The notes beneath the pieces are model-generated. The model made no database searches, was not told the origin of the DNA, and saw nothing but the letters and a program-made list of their open reading frames with translations. From contig CM052817.1 in the NCBI GenBank assembly GCA_028534125.1, positions 13,456,001-13,520,000 of the forward strand: a DNA stretch of 64,000 bases, given 5' to 3'. Shown in pieces: positions 25,246-39,469 of this stretch. Position 1 is the stretch's first letter. Every line of letters starts with the position of its first letter. Source of the DNA: Lama glama (taxonomy: Eukaryota). Made by a program: the position numbers and the translations under genes.

Positions 25246-26941
25246 CTAGAGAAAGCACAGAGAAGCAATATGAGCAAAGTGTTCATAAATCTGATTTTTT
25301 GCACATTTTGAAATAGAACTGTCTACCATGCAAAGCTGCACCAAGTTACCATTATCACAAAAAGAATAAAATCACGCTATAAACGTCTCTTTGTTCCAGT
25401 TCTTACAGAATGAAAAAAAAATGTTGATGTAAAAATCTCTGCATATTATCGATATCAAAGCTGGTCTGACACATTAAAGACACATTCCTGCTTTTAAGAA
25501 CATGCATGTATGTTGCCAATGAAGTATGAGGAAATTACTTTGTTTTTCATACCACAAGGACATTGCAAGATGCTTGATACGGTCTTTGCTGGATCTTAAT
25601 GCTGTGTTCTCTGGAGACGTGCTAGACCCACGTAATCTTTCGTTCAAGGGGAAAATGCTGTGCTCCATTTGGGTCTAAGGTGGCCCAAGAAGTTTCAAGC
25701 AGGAATAGGCACTAATTTCTGATAACAGATTGTCCAGAAACACTCAATAACACGGCCAGTAGTAAGCGACCTTGAGTGAACAGGATCCCCAGATTTTCTG
25801 AATTTCTGGAGTGGAGACTTTGAAAAGAAACAGGCCTGGACATAATGAATTCTCACCTTTGCCCCAGGGGGGGAGTTACTTAAGGCTGGTGGATACTGAC
25901 CTTGGGAACTCTACTCATGTTGGACTTCTGACATGGTGGGACCAGCGGGCAAGGGCTCCCCTCTGAGACTGGATATTTTCTATAAAAGGAACTGAAACCT
26001 AAGATGTTAGAAAAGGTCTGCCTTGGTGCTGGAAAGAGGACTCAGCAAGTGGACCTGAGACCGAGGTGAGGGTGAAAATGCCTTCCCTCTTTGGAGCTGG
26101 GGAACAGTCTGGTCAGGAATCCGAAGCAGAGAGACCGCTGGAGCAGCGGAAACAGACCATCACAAAGTCACCCAACATCAAACCGCATGTGGGATGTTAA
26201 CTGTACGTCGAGAGTGGGGAAGTGATGAGCTAGCCCTATCTGGTCCTTCCGAGCAGCTTCTCGTGACCTGGTCCATCTCCCCTGCGCCCCCATGCCTCAG
26301 TTGTCACAGGACCCCCATTCTACCCAGCATCTCCAGGATTCACTGGGGGAGAATGAGGGGTGTGCTAACTCCCCTGACCTTAGACATGAATACTTTGTAC
26401 ACTTTAAATTTGACACTGTTCCTGGCATCTTCAAAAATCATTTGTGGTCTTTGAAGCTTTTCTTAACTCTTAAAATCACTGTCCCTTCATGAGGAAATTT
26501 GATACATTAATTTGATCTTTCTTTATTCCCAGGAACCAGTTACTTACAACTGTAATGTGCTTCAAATGAGGAATTTTCTATTTTCTCCTTTGTTGGTTTG
26601 AAAGGTAGTATCTTTGATATATAAACACAATTTCAAATAATAGTTCCAATGTGAACTTGTGTTTACAGAGCTTGCCAACGTGTATTTTTCTCATTTGATT
26701 ATTCTAATAAATCTATGACTTATGGCATCACCATTTGATGACGAAGAACTGAAGGTTCTTCAGTTGGTAAGTTGTCTTGTTACTCAGCTATCCAGTGGCA
26801 GGGCTGGAATGTGAGCTTGGAACTTTCCAGATCATCACAAGGTTTTGGATTGAATGACCCCAAGCTCCCAAGAGGATTGGTAGAAAGAAAACATAGCCAA
26901 AAACAAATAAGGAAAAAAAAAAAAAGCAAGCAAGCAAATTA

Positions 26942-27432
26942 TGATGATTAATTTTATATGTCAACTTGTCTGGGCCATGATGCCCAATTATTTGGTTAAA
27001 TATTATTCTGGATCTTTCTATGAGGGTGTTTTAAAATGAGATTTGCATTTAAATTTGGTAGATTTTGAGTAAAACAGATTGTTCTCCATAACATGGGTGG
27101 GCCTCATCCAATCAGTTGAAGATCTAACTAGAACAAAAGATTAATCTCCCCAGAGCAAAAGGGAATTCTCCAGCACAGTGCCTTTGGGCCTGATTAGTAA
27201 CATTTGTTCTTCTTAGTTCTACAAGTTGCATCTACTGACTGAATTTGGACTTGAACTTCAATTCCTTCCTGAGTTCTTCAATCTGTCTCCCTCCACCATC
27301 AGATTTGGGACTGGCTAAGCCTTCACAATCATGTGAGCCAACTGCTTAAAATAAATCACTGTCTGTGTGTGTGTGTGTATATATATATCTACATCTATTG
27401 GTTTTGTTTCTTTGGAGAATTCTGACTAATAC
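26942..27432 (+). mobile_element. MLT2 (ERVL) solo LTR
   Basis: Starts tgatgattaattttatatgtcaacttg; internal gggtgggcctcatccaatcagttgaa; ends ggagaattctgactaatac. Confidence 0.9.
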
Positions 27433-28429
27433 GTAAACACATGAACAATCAACAATTAAAGCTCCAAAAGGAAAGATGGAATCTGATAGCCAATCATGCT
27501 AAAGTGTACACGAGATGACACCATAGGTCAGCAGCAAAAGGAGTAATTTTAAGAGCAAATAAGCACTTTGTAGCTGGACCCTCTCACACATGGAAATTGT
27601 GATTTATTAGCTATTTATCTCTGAGCCATCTGCTGGGGATAGTAAGATGAGAGCAAATAGATGGCTCTCTGTCATCAGGTGGTGAATCTGTGCCGGTCAG
27701 AGCTGGAAACCTGCCTTGGAGTTAAAATGACTCCAGCAAGAGACAGAGATGGGAACTGAAGGGACAGGTGCACTCAGTAAACTTGTCAGCCGTCTCTCGT
27801 CTCTAGGTGCATCTGATAGATACATCTTCTAATGCGAAATGAAATTCGGAAACTGACGGTCTCATGTGTGTTTGCTGTATGTGCAATCACACGAGTGTGT
27901 CAGATCAAATTCTTTCTCTGCCAACCGAGAACTCCTGGTCAAGTTTTAGAGCTGTAAGTCTCACCAAGTGAATTTATCTGTATCCAGCTTATATTATTAT
28001 ATTAACTCACATCTTTAGCCAATGCATAATGTATGCTGATGATTCTAAGAACTTTTCTCGGAACTGGGGCAGCAGCAATTAACAAGTTAAATATCTCACC
28101 CTCATGGGGCCTACATCCAAACAGAAGAAGAAAGGTCAAAAACAAGATAAAAGATGATAAAAGTAACAATCCAGAGAGCGGTGATCTTTTATTTATTCTG
28201 AAGTTCTTATGGGAAAGCAATGCATTTCACTATCTTCATGTAAACAAAATAAAAATCAAATCTTTTAGGACTCTAGTGATTTACAAAACAGTACCAATGG
28301 TCTATTCTCTAACTCCCCTCACCAGTTTTGTGAAGTCATTTCTGCACTAAAGTGTTATCTCCACCTCTCCACCAAGAATGCCTTTGAGCAGGCTGTGCAT
28401 ACAGCTAAGTGTATGTCAGTCAACGTGGC

Positions 28430-28800
28430 TGTGTTAGTTAGGTTAACTCTTGCTGCTGGAACAAACAAGCTCCTAAATATATAACAAATTTGAAAGAATT
28501 TAGTATATTTCTTGCTGATCCAACAGTCTTGAGTGGGTGTACAGATCAGAATTATCAAGGGATGGAGGCTAATGAGAGCTTAGCCATTGCCATGTGTTGT
28601 CTATGTGATCATTTCATCCAAAGCAGAAAAAGATCATTGAGGAGTGAGCACAGGAGTTATTTATGGACCAAGTCTTAAGGTGGTACACATCCTTTCCACT
28701 CTCATTTCATTGGTTAGAAATCACTTAACATGTCCACCCCAAACCACAAGAGATGTCCCATGTGCCCAGGAAGAAGACAAGAGCACAGGCATTTGGAGCA
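28430..28800 (-). mobile_element. Old MaLR LTR (MLT1J/K-like)
   Basis: tgtgttagttaggttaactcttgctgctggaacaaac start; cctttccactctcatttcattggttagaa. Confidence 0.6.
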
Positions 28801-29129
28801 TCTCTCAAAGAAGCCTCTGAGACAGTTCTCTGACTGATGCTTTAGCAGGACCATCAGCACATCATTTAGCAGCATAAATCCTTTTCATTTCTCTTGGTGT
28901 CATCTTTAAAGGATGATATTTTCAACAAACAAGTTCAGGAACACCTAAACATCAAAGTATGGATTTGTTAAGTAGGCTTTTTTCACTCTAAGAGGAAGGA
29001 TCTAAGAAGAAGCAGAGTTCCCAGCTTTAGGGAAGGTGAGGAACACCTCACCCATCTACACTCTGAGACATCACTATAACCTTTCATAAGCCTTATGACT
29101 TGCATATTGTATTTTCTAAAGACATTTTA

Positions 29130-29620
29130 TCTGATTATTAACAAATGATCATTTTGTGAAAATATGTTGTCTATAGAAAAAATAAGTAAAAAATCACCAA
29201 AAATTATACTACTGTAAGACTACTTTAGTCTTTTATTTACGTATATATCAGTATGTTGTACAAATAAAATTAGAATAATACAAGAATATAGTAGTGTTAC
29301 ATCTTTTTTTTTAACAGTAACAAAATATCTTGAACATTTCCAGTATCATTATTATTAATGGCTGCATAATAGTGTGTCCACTGAATTTACCATATTGTTG
29401 GATACTTTGGGGATTTCAGCATTTTTGAACTACATAGAAATAACAATGTAATTAATAATCTAGTGCATGCATCTGTGATTGCACCTGTGGTTCTTTCTTC
29501 ATGACTAATCCCAGGAGACTCACAAGACCAAAGGGTTTAAACTATGTCAAGGCTTTTCATGTGCACAGTCACATTGATTTCCAGAAAGGCTGTACCCACA
29601 TGTACCCATATGTGCTACCA
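29130..29620 (-). mobile_element. Very old L1 (L1ME-like) fragment
   Basis: ttaatggctgcataatagt...ttgttggatactttgggg...attgatttccagaaaggctgtacc. Confidence 0.55.
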
Positions 29621-30113
29621 CGACTGGTTTAAAAGAACATTTCACATATAGAGGGGCTGCTGACCAGAATCACATGGTGATGTGACACTCACTCAGTCTC
29701 ATGAACAAACAACACTAATTTGCTTAATGAATCTAACCATCATTCTGAAAATTACCAGAAGACATCAAAGCATTGGTACAGATGCAATCACAGATGTGTG
29801 CAGTAGAATGGGACCAGCGAGTTTCCTTCAGTGTTTCTTACACCCTTCACAACGATCTGATCAGGATACAAAGCATGTGCAACGAGATTTTCTTAGCCCA
29901 TAACCGCCACACTTTTGTCGGTTAGTGAAGAGACACTTGCCTTCTGGGGCCTTGCATGTGTTCCCTGAAGATCCTTCCCTTAGGCGCTGTTGTGAGACAT
30001 GTGTTGAGATCAGTTGTAAGTGTACTATGACTGCTTTGCTGATACTGATATCAATATTATTAAAAGAGTGATTTTTTAATAATGATAATTAGCACGATGA
30101 TGATGGTGATGAT

Positions 30114-30642
30114 TGTGGAGCCGGCTGGTGCTCTGTGAAGCCACTCTAAAGCCAGAAAACCCCCACTCCAGGGCTCTCCTGGAGTTGACTGACACATTTA
30201 ACCTCCACTCCCCACTTCTGGACCCTCTGCATGGCTGCATTTCTTTAAGATAAAAACATCTTCCTTGGATGTGCGTTAACCCTAACAAAACTAAACGCCC
30301 CCAGGAAATGGCTAGGCGGGCAGGCGTCACTGCTTATCCTGCCCTTAGCAGAATCCTAAATCCCATTACTCAGAGAAGCCCCTGCAAGTCTTACCTCACT
30401 TACAACCACTCAGGTGGCTGTACACGATTTGACCGTGCAGCCCCCTAAGCCTTGTGTTCACAGTCCCTTCCCCCCAGTAAAAGACCTACACGTTCACCCC
30501 AGCGCTCACTCCCTTCTGTGTGGTCCTCTGATGCCTACAGCAGAATGCCTATTAAACTTTTCCTTTGTCTTCTTAAACTTTCCTTTGTCTTTGGTAAACT
30601 CTTTTACCATCCTCGACACTGGCCGGCTGTGCCCCCCAACCA
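30114..30642 (+). mobile_element. ERV solo LTR, 529 bp, TG...CA, with a 4-bp TSD (TGAT)
   Basis: TGAT|TGTGGAG...CCAACCA|TGAT; ATTAAA poly(A) signal near 30550; inserted in an (ATG)n tract. Confidence 0.7.
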
Positions 30643-30652
30643 TGATGGTGAC

Positions 30653-30653
30653 C

Positions 30654-30693
<40 letters not shown>
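30653..30693. repeat. (ATG)n trinucleotide microsatellite
   Basis: Directly visible; explains the poly-M and poly-D stretches in the ORF track. Confidence 0.97.
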
Positions 30694-31623
30694 GTTAATG
30701 CATTGTGTTAGATGCTCTCCGTGGATCTTCTCACAGGAATGGGATAGACGCCGGCATTACCTGCACTTTACAGAAGAGCAAACTGCTCAGAGAGAAGCTA
30801 GCCGGGTTCTTAGAATCAGAAAATGGCAGAGCCTAATCTGCTGATCTCAGGGTCAGGGAACTGGTGTGTTTAAGCAGCTTTAGAGATAGCGGTTTCCCCT
30901 GCGCTCTGAAATAAAGTGCTCCTATAAAACCTTCCAAAAGCTGAAATGGCAGAAAACAGAAGCAGTTACCTTAGGGCACATCTTACTAAGGGATGCACAG
31001 AATAAATGGAGATGCTCAGAGACACCGTTCAAGGCTATGGAGGCTGGATGCTGAGATGCAGCATGTAGTTCGTGGGGGAGGAGCTTGGCGGGGCCTGTCG
31101 GGCCCGAGGTCTGCGGCCTTCCTGTCAGCTGCTGCAAAGTGGACTGAATGCTATTTTTGTCTTTTTACATACAAGTGAAAATCCTCTTCAGATTTCTTTC
31201 CATTGGAGAAAACAGGCACTGACGTAGGTCTTTTGCAAAAGTGAAATGTTGTAAAGAGAATTTCTGAAAAGCGGGGATACCTGTAATCCACTCAATGGCT
31301 TCATCTTAAAGTCAAGGAGACTGAAGTTGAGGTTACAGGAATTGCCCATAAATTACACGCGGGCTGCTGAGTCTTACTTCGTGTCTGGGTTTCCTGACCC
31401 CAGGGCATCACAAGCACCTTCCCGTTCATACCACAGCTGCTATTGTTCTGCCAGAAAGCCTTTAGGATAATCTAGTGAAATGCATATGTTCCTTGATTCT
31501 GGAGTTAAGTAGAAGGTCAGCATTGAACCTTTGCTCCTTAAAAGCTGTTGAGCTTCAGGTAAATTGTTTAATCTAAGTCTCATTGTTCTCCTCCGTAATG
31601 TGAATGAATAATACTGCAATCCA

Positions 31624-32093
31624 CATCAGTAAACAATGCTGAAGCCATCAAGTCATCAGCGGCTGCCTCCCCCTCCCCCAGTGCAGACAACCCTGCAGCC
31701 CGGCCTCTGCAGCCACTCACCAGGGTGCACTGCGAGGGGACTCAGAATAAGAAAGGACAGGATACTGGCCCTAGATCATTAGGTGCTTGTCAAAGGAATG
31801 AATTCAATGAGCCCAAGTGTTGGCTTCCTCCCATACAAAGAAAAGCGCCAAACTCTTTAACTTGAGATGCCTGGTTTTCCTTAGGTAACAAGTAATCTTT
31901 TATTGTTCCAACTACCTGGTCTTTGTTGTTAAGCTCCTATATATCCTGGCTCCTCCCCTACCTCTGCGGAGCAGTCCCTCAGAGCCATCTGAGAGGCTGT
32001 CATCCCGGGCTCGAAGGGGTTCGAGTCCTCAGAAATGCCTCCCCAAATAAAATGTAACTCTCCTTTTAGGCTGCACATTTATTTCAGTCGACA
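31624..32093 (+). mobile_element. ERV1-like solo LTR nested in a MIR
   Basis: TATA-like cctatatatc, AATAAA near 32046, terminus tttcagtcgaca; MIR-like pieces at 31500-31620 and 32094-32160. Confidence 0.75.
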
Positions 32094-33654
32094 GTAACAT
32101 AGGGGTAACTATTGACATCAGAGGGCTTTTATGAGAATTAATAATGTACATTATGTTATTATCTTTGCTCTCTTAGCACATCATATTTGTTCATTAACTA
32201 TGAGACGTTAGGACAACATTAAAGTGAATGTCACATCAGCATGGCTACACCAGGGTTAAACGGTATTCATCCAGGCAGCTGAACCCAGCATAGAGCCAGT
32301 CTGATATAATGCAATGAGCCTACGAAGCAGATATGAGTTACGCCTCCTCCTCTAGGTTTATAAATTGAATCTGCTCTCTCTAATATCGTCAAGTTTACCC
32401 TCAAAGTTAGGGGAATAGTGCAATTGTAAATGACAGCTGAGAAGAATAAAGGCCACCGTACTGGAAATCAATGTCTAGAAACCCAAGAGCCCTTTTTCAG
32501 TCATCAATTTGAAGAAAAATGTCCCTTCTAAAGCTTAGATGAGTACATTAGAAATACAGTCGTCCATGAAAAGTGCTGGGAATGGTGCTTTGAAGAGAGA
32601 TCCGTGTAGGAATAGGAAATTGCTAAAGACATGATTTTGTGAGGTGCATTGTGAGTCCCTATACTTCTGCCTGTTAAGAAAGTCTTAGCATTTCCTTGAA
32701 AGTTGTCAGAACTCTGGGGAATGCTCTACAAATGGTTGCAGTGACACGCCAATCAGATGTGTTTTCTCAATGATGTTTGTCCACTCCACTGGCTGAAATC
32801 TCCTCTTCCCATAAATCCTTCTGTTCTGGTGTATATCATCTCCTCAGGTTCAGAACAAGTGTTAAAGGTTTAGAGATACCTCTTCAGGAATCCAAAAAGA
32901 TTTATGGTGCAAAACTATCATGGGGAAAAAACAAAGTCCTTGTGAAATAAATGATTCCTGGGGGACCCTTTTATGATATGTATCATGTCACAGCTTTGAA
33001 GCATGCATGTTTCTCATCAACTCTCACACCTACTTCTGCCACCAGGGAAGGCACACATGGCTGTGGTTGTGAGGTGCTTAAATGGAAAACCTTGGCTTTC
33101 TACCAACAGACGTGTCACAGCATCCATGTTTCCTTCCAGCATCCAGTTATTCTTCATGACAAGGGAAGGAGACTGACATCTCTTTGATGAGGAGCACAGC
33201 AGATTGTGAGCAGGACACAAAGGGAACACAAAGGCTGGACACTGGGCTCTCAGACCAGAGAAGAAAAAGGAGACACATCACTGCCCACATGAGGAAAACA
33301 CCCATTCTTCTGGCAAGAATAGGTGGCAGGTAAGTTGGCACCTCTTAGAGGAAGTTACTTCCTTAGGCTAGAGACCACACTTAGAGTGAGCAGTGTGTGA
33401 ATTCATCAGCAGAGACCAGAAAGCATCTTGGACGCTTAGAAGAATGTGCATCAATAACCCTTGAGATGCACCAAAAGGGAACCCATGAATGGGACAAGGC
33501 AGAGAGAACAGATTTCAAATGCGGTCGTCTAGGGCTGTTAATCAACAAGTTCTCCCTGCTTCTGAATCCATGGGAAGATTGTATTTCATGGGTCCCTAAT
33601 GGTTTGCTGGGACCACGTGATGAACTGTCCAGTGAATGGAAAGCATAGATGACA

Positions 33655-34050
33655 CAGTTAATATTGTGATTTATAAACAGAAGTATATGCTTGGTCTGAG
33701 TCCCCATGTCTAGCACAGAGCTTCTAAAGCTAACTGGAATTTCATAAATGATGAGAGAGATAAAGCTATCTCTTGTTACACTAATGAGGTGACTTCTGGA
33801 CCCCACCCAAGGATGGGGGCTGGTTGCCAGGGGAGCTAACGCACTGATTAGAGGGTTGGAATTTTCAGTCCCACCCCCTGGAGCTCCAGGAAAGGAAGAG
33901 GGGCTGGAGACTGAACTCAGTCACCAACGGCTAATAATTTAATCAACCATACTTATGTCATGAAGCCTCCAAAAGACCCCAAAAGGACAAGTTCAGGGAG
34001 TTTCTAGGTTGGTGAATACACTGAGATCTGGGGAGAGTGGTGCACTAGAA
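33655..34050 (+). mobile_element. MER21-family LTR, 5' portion
   Basis: taatgaggtgact...gggggctggttgccagg...gattagagggttggaattttcagtcccacc. Confidence 0.8.
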
Positions 34051-36537
34051 GACATATTTGAAATTCATCTGAACACTTAACTGTGTATATAACATATGTA
34101 TATATTTGTTTATAGCTAGGTGAATTTAATCATAAACCATGAAGTTCTTGTTTTGAGTATGAATCCAACTATTTATTATTTACCATTTTACAAAGTCATA
34201 ACTCAAAACTACTTTCAAGTTACTACATGGACTTCATCTGATTATTATATTTAAGATTCTGGTGTCTGGACTGCTCCCAGATCAGACAAAAAGTCTCTTT
34301 AAGAAAAGGATGCTTAAACAAGTTGTATTTTTGTCTGATTGTGTTATATGCTACAGATGTATCGTGACAGTTTGTATATATTTAACACTTGGGAAAGTGG
34401 GTTTTATTGTCTTAGTTTTCAAGATGTGAACATATCAAGCTGAGTAATAGTATAATTATTTCACAGCCAGGAAATTTTTTAACCCTTTGAGGTTTTGTTT
34501 TTTTGTTTTTTAGTTCCTTTTAATTAGTTAATTAAATTGTGAAAACAAAACACCTCACCATTTCCAGCATGGATGATTTTGGAAAGATAGATGAAATGAA
34601 TTTATTGATTCAATGAAGATGATAGATGGACAATTTCATTCTCAGAGACCTAAAATTGGAAAGCATGGCTGTCTTTACATACTATCCCATCCTTTTAATA
34701 CCTAATCCAATAGGGAAAACATAGATTTTTTAAAAAATTAAATTCCTACTCCCTACTTCCCTCATTTGAGTCTGAGGTTGCTCTGAAAAGTCATTCTCTT
34801 AGTAGCAGGACAATTTAAGGATGACTTGGCATTCTACCACTGTGGAAGAATTTTCAAAATTTACATGGTGCAATGCTATGACTTGTACGGCTCTTATCAC
34901 TAGATTCTGTTTGTGGACTTCTCTGCGCCCATTAGACTTGGTAAAAACCTTGAAGGCAAGGACGGAGTTTCATAGAGCCCAGCAGTGTTTAGAATAGAGT
35001 ATTAAAGACGTTTATCCTGAATGGATAAATACTCAGACAGCTCTTAGCTTTTAAGAAATTAGAAAACAAAAGTGCTTTGGCAGTTTCCTCTAAAACCTGT
35101 GTGGCGTGTTTTCAGAATTCCATGCACTCCAAAACATTTGTTCCCCTGTAATTCTTCTGTTCTTCTCTATCCAGTTGTGCTGAAGGAAGATTTTTGATGC
35201 CTTGTGCTAAACTATCCAAGGTCAACACTTTCTCTTAAGTACATCTCTGGCCACAGCCACACCTGGGACCATTGAATGGTTATGAAGAACTTTCGAGGAC
35301 AAAATCTTGGTTTCACCTCCCAACCCTCATGACTGCTTATCATAAATATAATCACAGAAATTAAGGATAGACCACTAAGTTCAAGAGAAAAATACTTATT
35401 TCAACACGAATTTTAAAACCCTTGCTGTATTCAACAACTGGGCTGCTAAAAACTCATTTAAAAATAGCAAGATTAGTCCTTCAGTTTTTAGAATGTACAA
35501 GCTGATCACTAAGAACTAAACCTAGCTTGAAATTTCCATTCTAGTATTCCCAGGGGTTAGAAGCCTTAGCAAGTCATTTATTCTCTTAGTCTGTTTCCTC
35601 ATCTGTAAAATAATCTCTAAGAAATACTGACATCATGGGTAAGTAAAACACATGAAAATTAAAATAGATAATGTATGATAAAGGGGAAAAAACTAAAAAC
35701 TGGATACAACCCACATGTTGGGTATTTTGCTGCTTCAAAACTTTGCATTAAGAAACTTCTGTATTCCCTGAGGATATTCCCTGGGGACAAAGTGGTTAAA
35801 TATGAATTTCAGATTGGAAAAACAACAAAAAACATGGAGAAAAACTTTCCTACACGGTATTGGAAAAGAGATGAGGCTGGGTGATAAAATTCAACTCAGC
35901 TGCCTGAATGTGGAGACGCAGGCACGTTCCCAGGCCCATGAGGTCCCACAGTCACCCAGGCTGCAGGAGAAACAGAAGATACAAGGCTGATTTTCTCCTC
36001 CCCCCACCAGCTCTGTTCTCCCACGATACGGAAGAGGGAAATTGTACGTGAGCTTTACAGCCAAAAAAAACCCTCCAAAAACAAAACAGCAGGCTTAAGT
36101 TTCAGCTCTGCTAACAAAGAAATCATTGACGTGTCCCAGGATTCTGAGCCGCAGTCCATAAAATGTGAAAGCAGCATTTGACAGTGAAGAAATGTGACTC
36201 ACGGACGTTGTGTATATGAAGACCCTCGCACCAGTCTGAGAATTCCACAAATGTTGATTTCTTTCAACTTTCTCTTTTCAAGTCACTTACATTGATTTTG
36301 CAAAACGAAGTTGCCCCAATTTTGCAGGTATGAAAGCTTCCCCGGGGACCTGGCCCAAGTCCTGAGCTTTTATTAGAATGAATGTAGTTATTTGACTTAG
36401 CCTTCAGAAAAGGATTTTCTCAGACCCCAAAGGAGGGTTCACTTGGTGGACTCATTTTGTGGATTACAGCAAAGTTCTACAGTTATTCAAAGTGATTTGG
36501 ATGGAAAAAAGATAACGAAGCCCAAAGGGAAGGCCTG

Positions 36538-37092
36538 TGTGTCAGTTTTCTCCTGCCACATAACAGACTACCGTGAACTTGGCGACTTAAAACAACTAAG
36601 CTTATTACCCCACAGTTCCGTGGGGCAAGAGTCTGCCATGGCATGTGCTCTCTGTCTGGGGGTCTCACACTCAGAATGCTGGCTGGTCTGGTCCTCACCT
36701 GGACCTTGCAGTCCTCTTCCAGGCTCATTCAGGTTGTTGGCAGATCTCAGCTCCTTTTGGCTGTAGGACTGAGGTCCCTGTTACCTTGCAGGCTGTTAGC
36801 CAGTGGCCTCTGCCAGCTTTCTTCTCGCATAAGTCCCTCCATCTTCAGATCAGCAAAGGTGAGGTGAGTCCTTCTCACAGTCTGATTCTCTCTGACTTCC
36901 CCTTCCCTTGTCAGTTAAAGGGCTCATGTGAATAAATCAGGCCCACGAGGATCTCTGTATTTTAAGTTCAACTGATTTGGGACTTCAATTACATCTGCAA
37001 AATCTCTCTCCATCAACACCTCAACTGGTGTTTGGCTGAAGAGCTGGGAGCCAGGACTCCTGGGCGGGCCATCCTCAGACACCTGCCTACCA
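36538..37092 (-). mobile_element. MLT1E/F-like MaLR solo LTR
   Basis: tgtgtcagttttct...cttaaaacaac; ggctcattcaggttgttggcaga; ctgcctaccac terminus. Confidence 0.85.
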
Positions 37093-38049
37093 CGTCTGCT
37101 TCTTCTCAATCTGGGCCGACTCAGGTTTCCACAGCAGTTCCTGTACAACACTCTTTTCTGTAATTACATCCAGGGTACATCAGACAGTAGGAGCTCTTCA
37201 GACTTGTACAAATACTGCACTATTTTCACCACAAGCAGCAACTGCACTACTTGGAGCCTTAGTTGAACTAGATTTGGAAGGAATATATCCTGTCATGCTC
37301 AGCAGTGTACAGGACCGGCTGAGACTGCAAACCTGAATATTCTTTTTATGAACACTATAAATAGTATCCCCCATGCGGAGGTGTGCCCTGTCCTTATTTA
37401 CTTCTGTTCTATATCACCAAGGTCATTACATAGATTTTATGAATTGATTAGATCACTTTCAAATTGGCCTAATAATACTGGGGGAAAAAAAAGAATAAAA
37501 AATTCCTTAAAAGAATCATGCAATTTTTCAGTTAGAAAGAAGAAAACACTAAGATTTTGATGTACAGACATAAACATAATTATAAGAGAATATATTTTCT
37601 GGAGTTTTGCAACAATCTTATTCTCTCTCAGTCTAATTTCCCTCACCTACCAAACTGGCTAGATTCTGGCTCTTTGATGACTTCCTTGTGTCTGTTGTCT
37701 CTGGACTTCTTATGTGAGAATATACACGGTCCTCATTCTGTAAGCCCTGTCTATATACTGGTTTTCAGTGCCTTATAGTCAAAGTCACTTTAACATAAGC
37801 AATAATTTATTTATAACTTTATAATAATATAACTTTATTACATTGCTCTACAGGATGGGAAGATGAAAATGAGTTCTTTTTATTGTTTGCTGACAAACTT
37901 GGTGGAAGTTCTACTGGCCCCAGAGGAATCAGCTGGAGATTACAGTGATACGTGTGTAAGCAGTTGACTTGATTTGTCTAGGTCCACTATTTACCCATTC
38001 TCAGGTAAATCCAAAGAAGCTCTGAAGGAGCCCAGAACAAAAGTCATGT

Positions 38050-38260
38050 TTAATGCTCGCTGGTAGTCCGCTGGGCACTGAGCCAGGTCACGTAGGAGAG
38101 ATATGTTATCATCACATCCTCTTAACAAGTAGGGAAGGTAGTTGCTCACTGGATACATAAGAAATGAGCTCAGAGAAGTTTAAGAAACTTCCCCAAGATC
38201 AGACAGATATTAAGCAGTAGGAGGGATCTGAACCTGAGTTTGACCACAAAGCCTTTATAT
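38050..38260 (-). mobile_element. MIR SINE
   Basis: gagctcagagaagtttaagaaacttccccaagatc. Confidence 0.7.
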
Positions 38261-39469
38261 CTTACAAAGCTGCTTCTGTGAAAGGCAAGTGTAACTGTAA
38301 AAAAGAAAAATAAACTAACAGAGAACTAATTATCTCAGTATTTTTCAGCCCCAATTGATTCACACACACAGAAGAATCATTAATCATTGATACGACAGAT
38401 TTTCCTAAGCCCACCCCCATCTACTTGGAGCTTACAGCCCAACAAGGGAGACGGCCATTATTTACGCATTCACACAAATGCATATCCCATTAAAACCCAT
38501 GAGGGTAAAACTGTACGAAAAATCGATCAGCTTTTCATAAACAGATTCAGGTGTCACAGGTGAGGAGACCAGGACAGGAGCTCAAGTTCTCTGGTCACTC
38601 GCTTTCATGAGGAAGGGGAAGGGCACGGTCAAAGCCGCCCAAACTCATTTCATTACCTATTTCTTTACCTCCAGTTTCTTATTCTCAGTTCTGAGAAAGA
38701 AATGCTTTGTCTCTCTCTCACAGCGTTGCCTCTCATCCAGCTACAGTTTCCAGAGGCAGCCCTGAGTCCCTGAAGCTTGGCTGGAGGTCAAAGGAATGTT
38801 GATTCTCTTTAATTAAGTTCCCTTCGTTGGAAATACCAGGGACTTTCTACACTTTGTCTTCCAGTGATGCTTCGGAGGTTCTCCTCCAAAGGAGACAATT
38901 AGCCAGGGTCACAAAAGCTGCCTGAGAAGACAGTGTGCCTCAGCTCACAAGGTTCCCAGTCTCCCCAGGCAGGCAGAGTGGCCTGGTTACTCTCAGTTGG
39001 AGAGCACTTCACGGGGCCCTCTGGAACCCGGGGAACCCATGCAACCAGCAGCCTTAAAAATTCTGAGTCTTGTATTACTGTGTTGAGACACAAGGGGGCA
39101 GCAGTGTCCTCCACCAAAGCTAAAAACTCGCTTTCTAGTTCAAACACTTGGGGAGTTCGTTCCCTAAGCTTGGCCCGAGTCCAAGCTGATTTCTTTCCAG
39201 AAAGCTTTTTTCTCTTTATGAAAAGTGACAGGAGGGCTCCGGTTCCCAAATTAAGTAGATAAGAATTAACTATTTCAGGGAAAGGAACCCAGAGACCATC
39301 TCCTTTCTGGATATTATAGTTGGAGTAAGTCAGCCTAAAATTGCAATCTCTTTTTTTGGCAGTTGGGCCATCTTCAGTTTTAGTCACTCAAAATCTGTAG
39401 GTTGTAGGTCTAAGGAAACAAGTAAACAAGACAACAACAAAACGTGTCAAGTGTGAGTCTGAGCCTTTT

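Noticed and set aside
30414..30844. ORFs with poly-Met or poly-Asp tracts
   Set aside because: They read through an LTR, an (ATG)n microsatellite and a MIR.
38899..39387. 162-aa minus-strand ORF as an alternative KCNIP4 exon
   Set aside because: Non-ATG start, no resemblance to KChIP N-termini I know, and no convincing splice donor.
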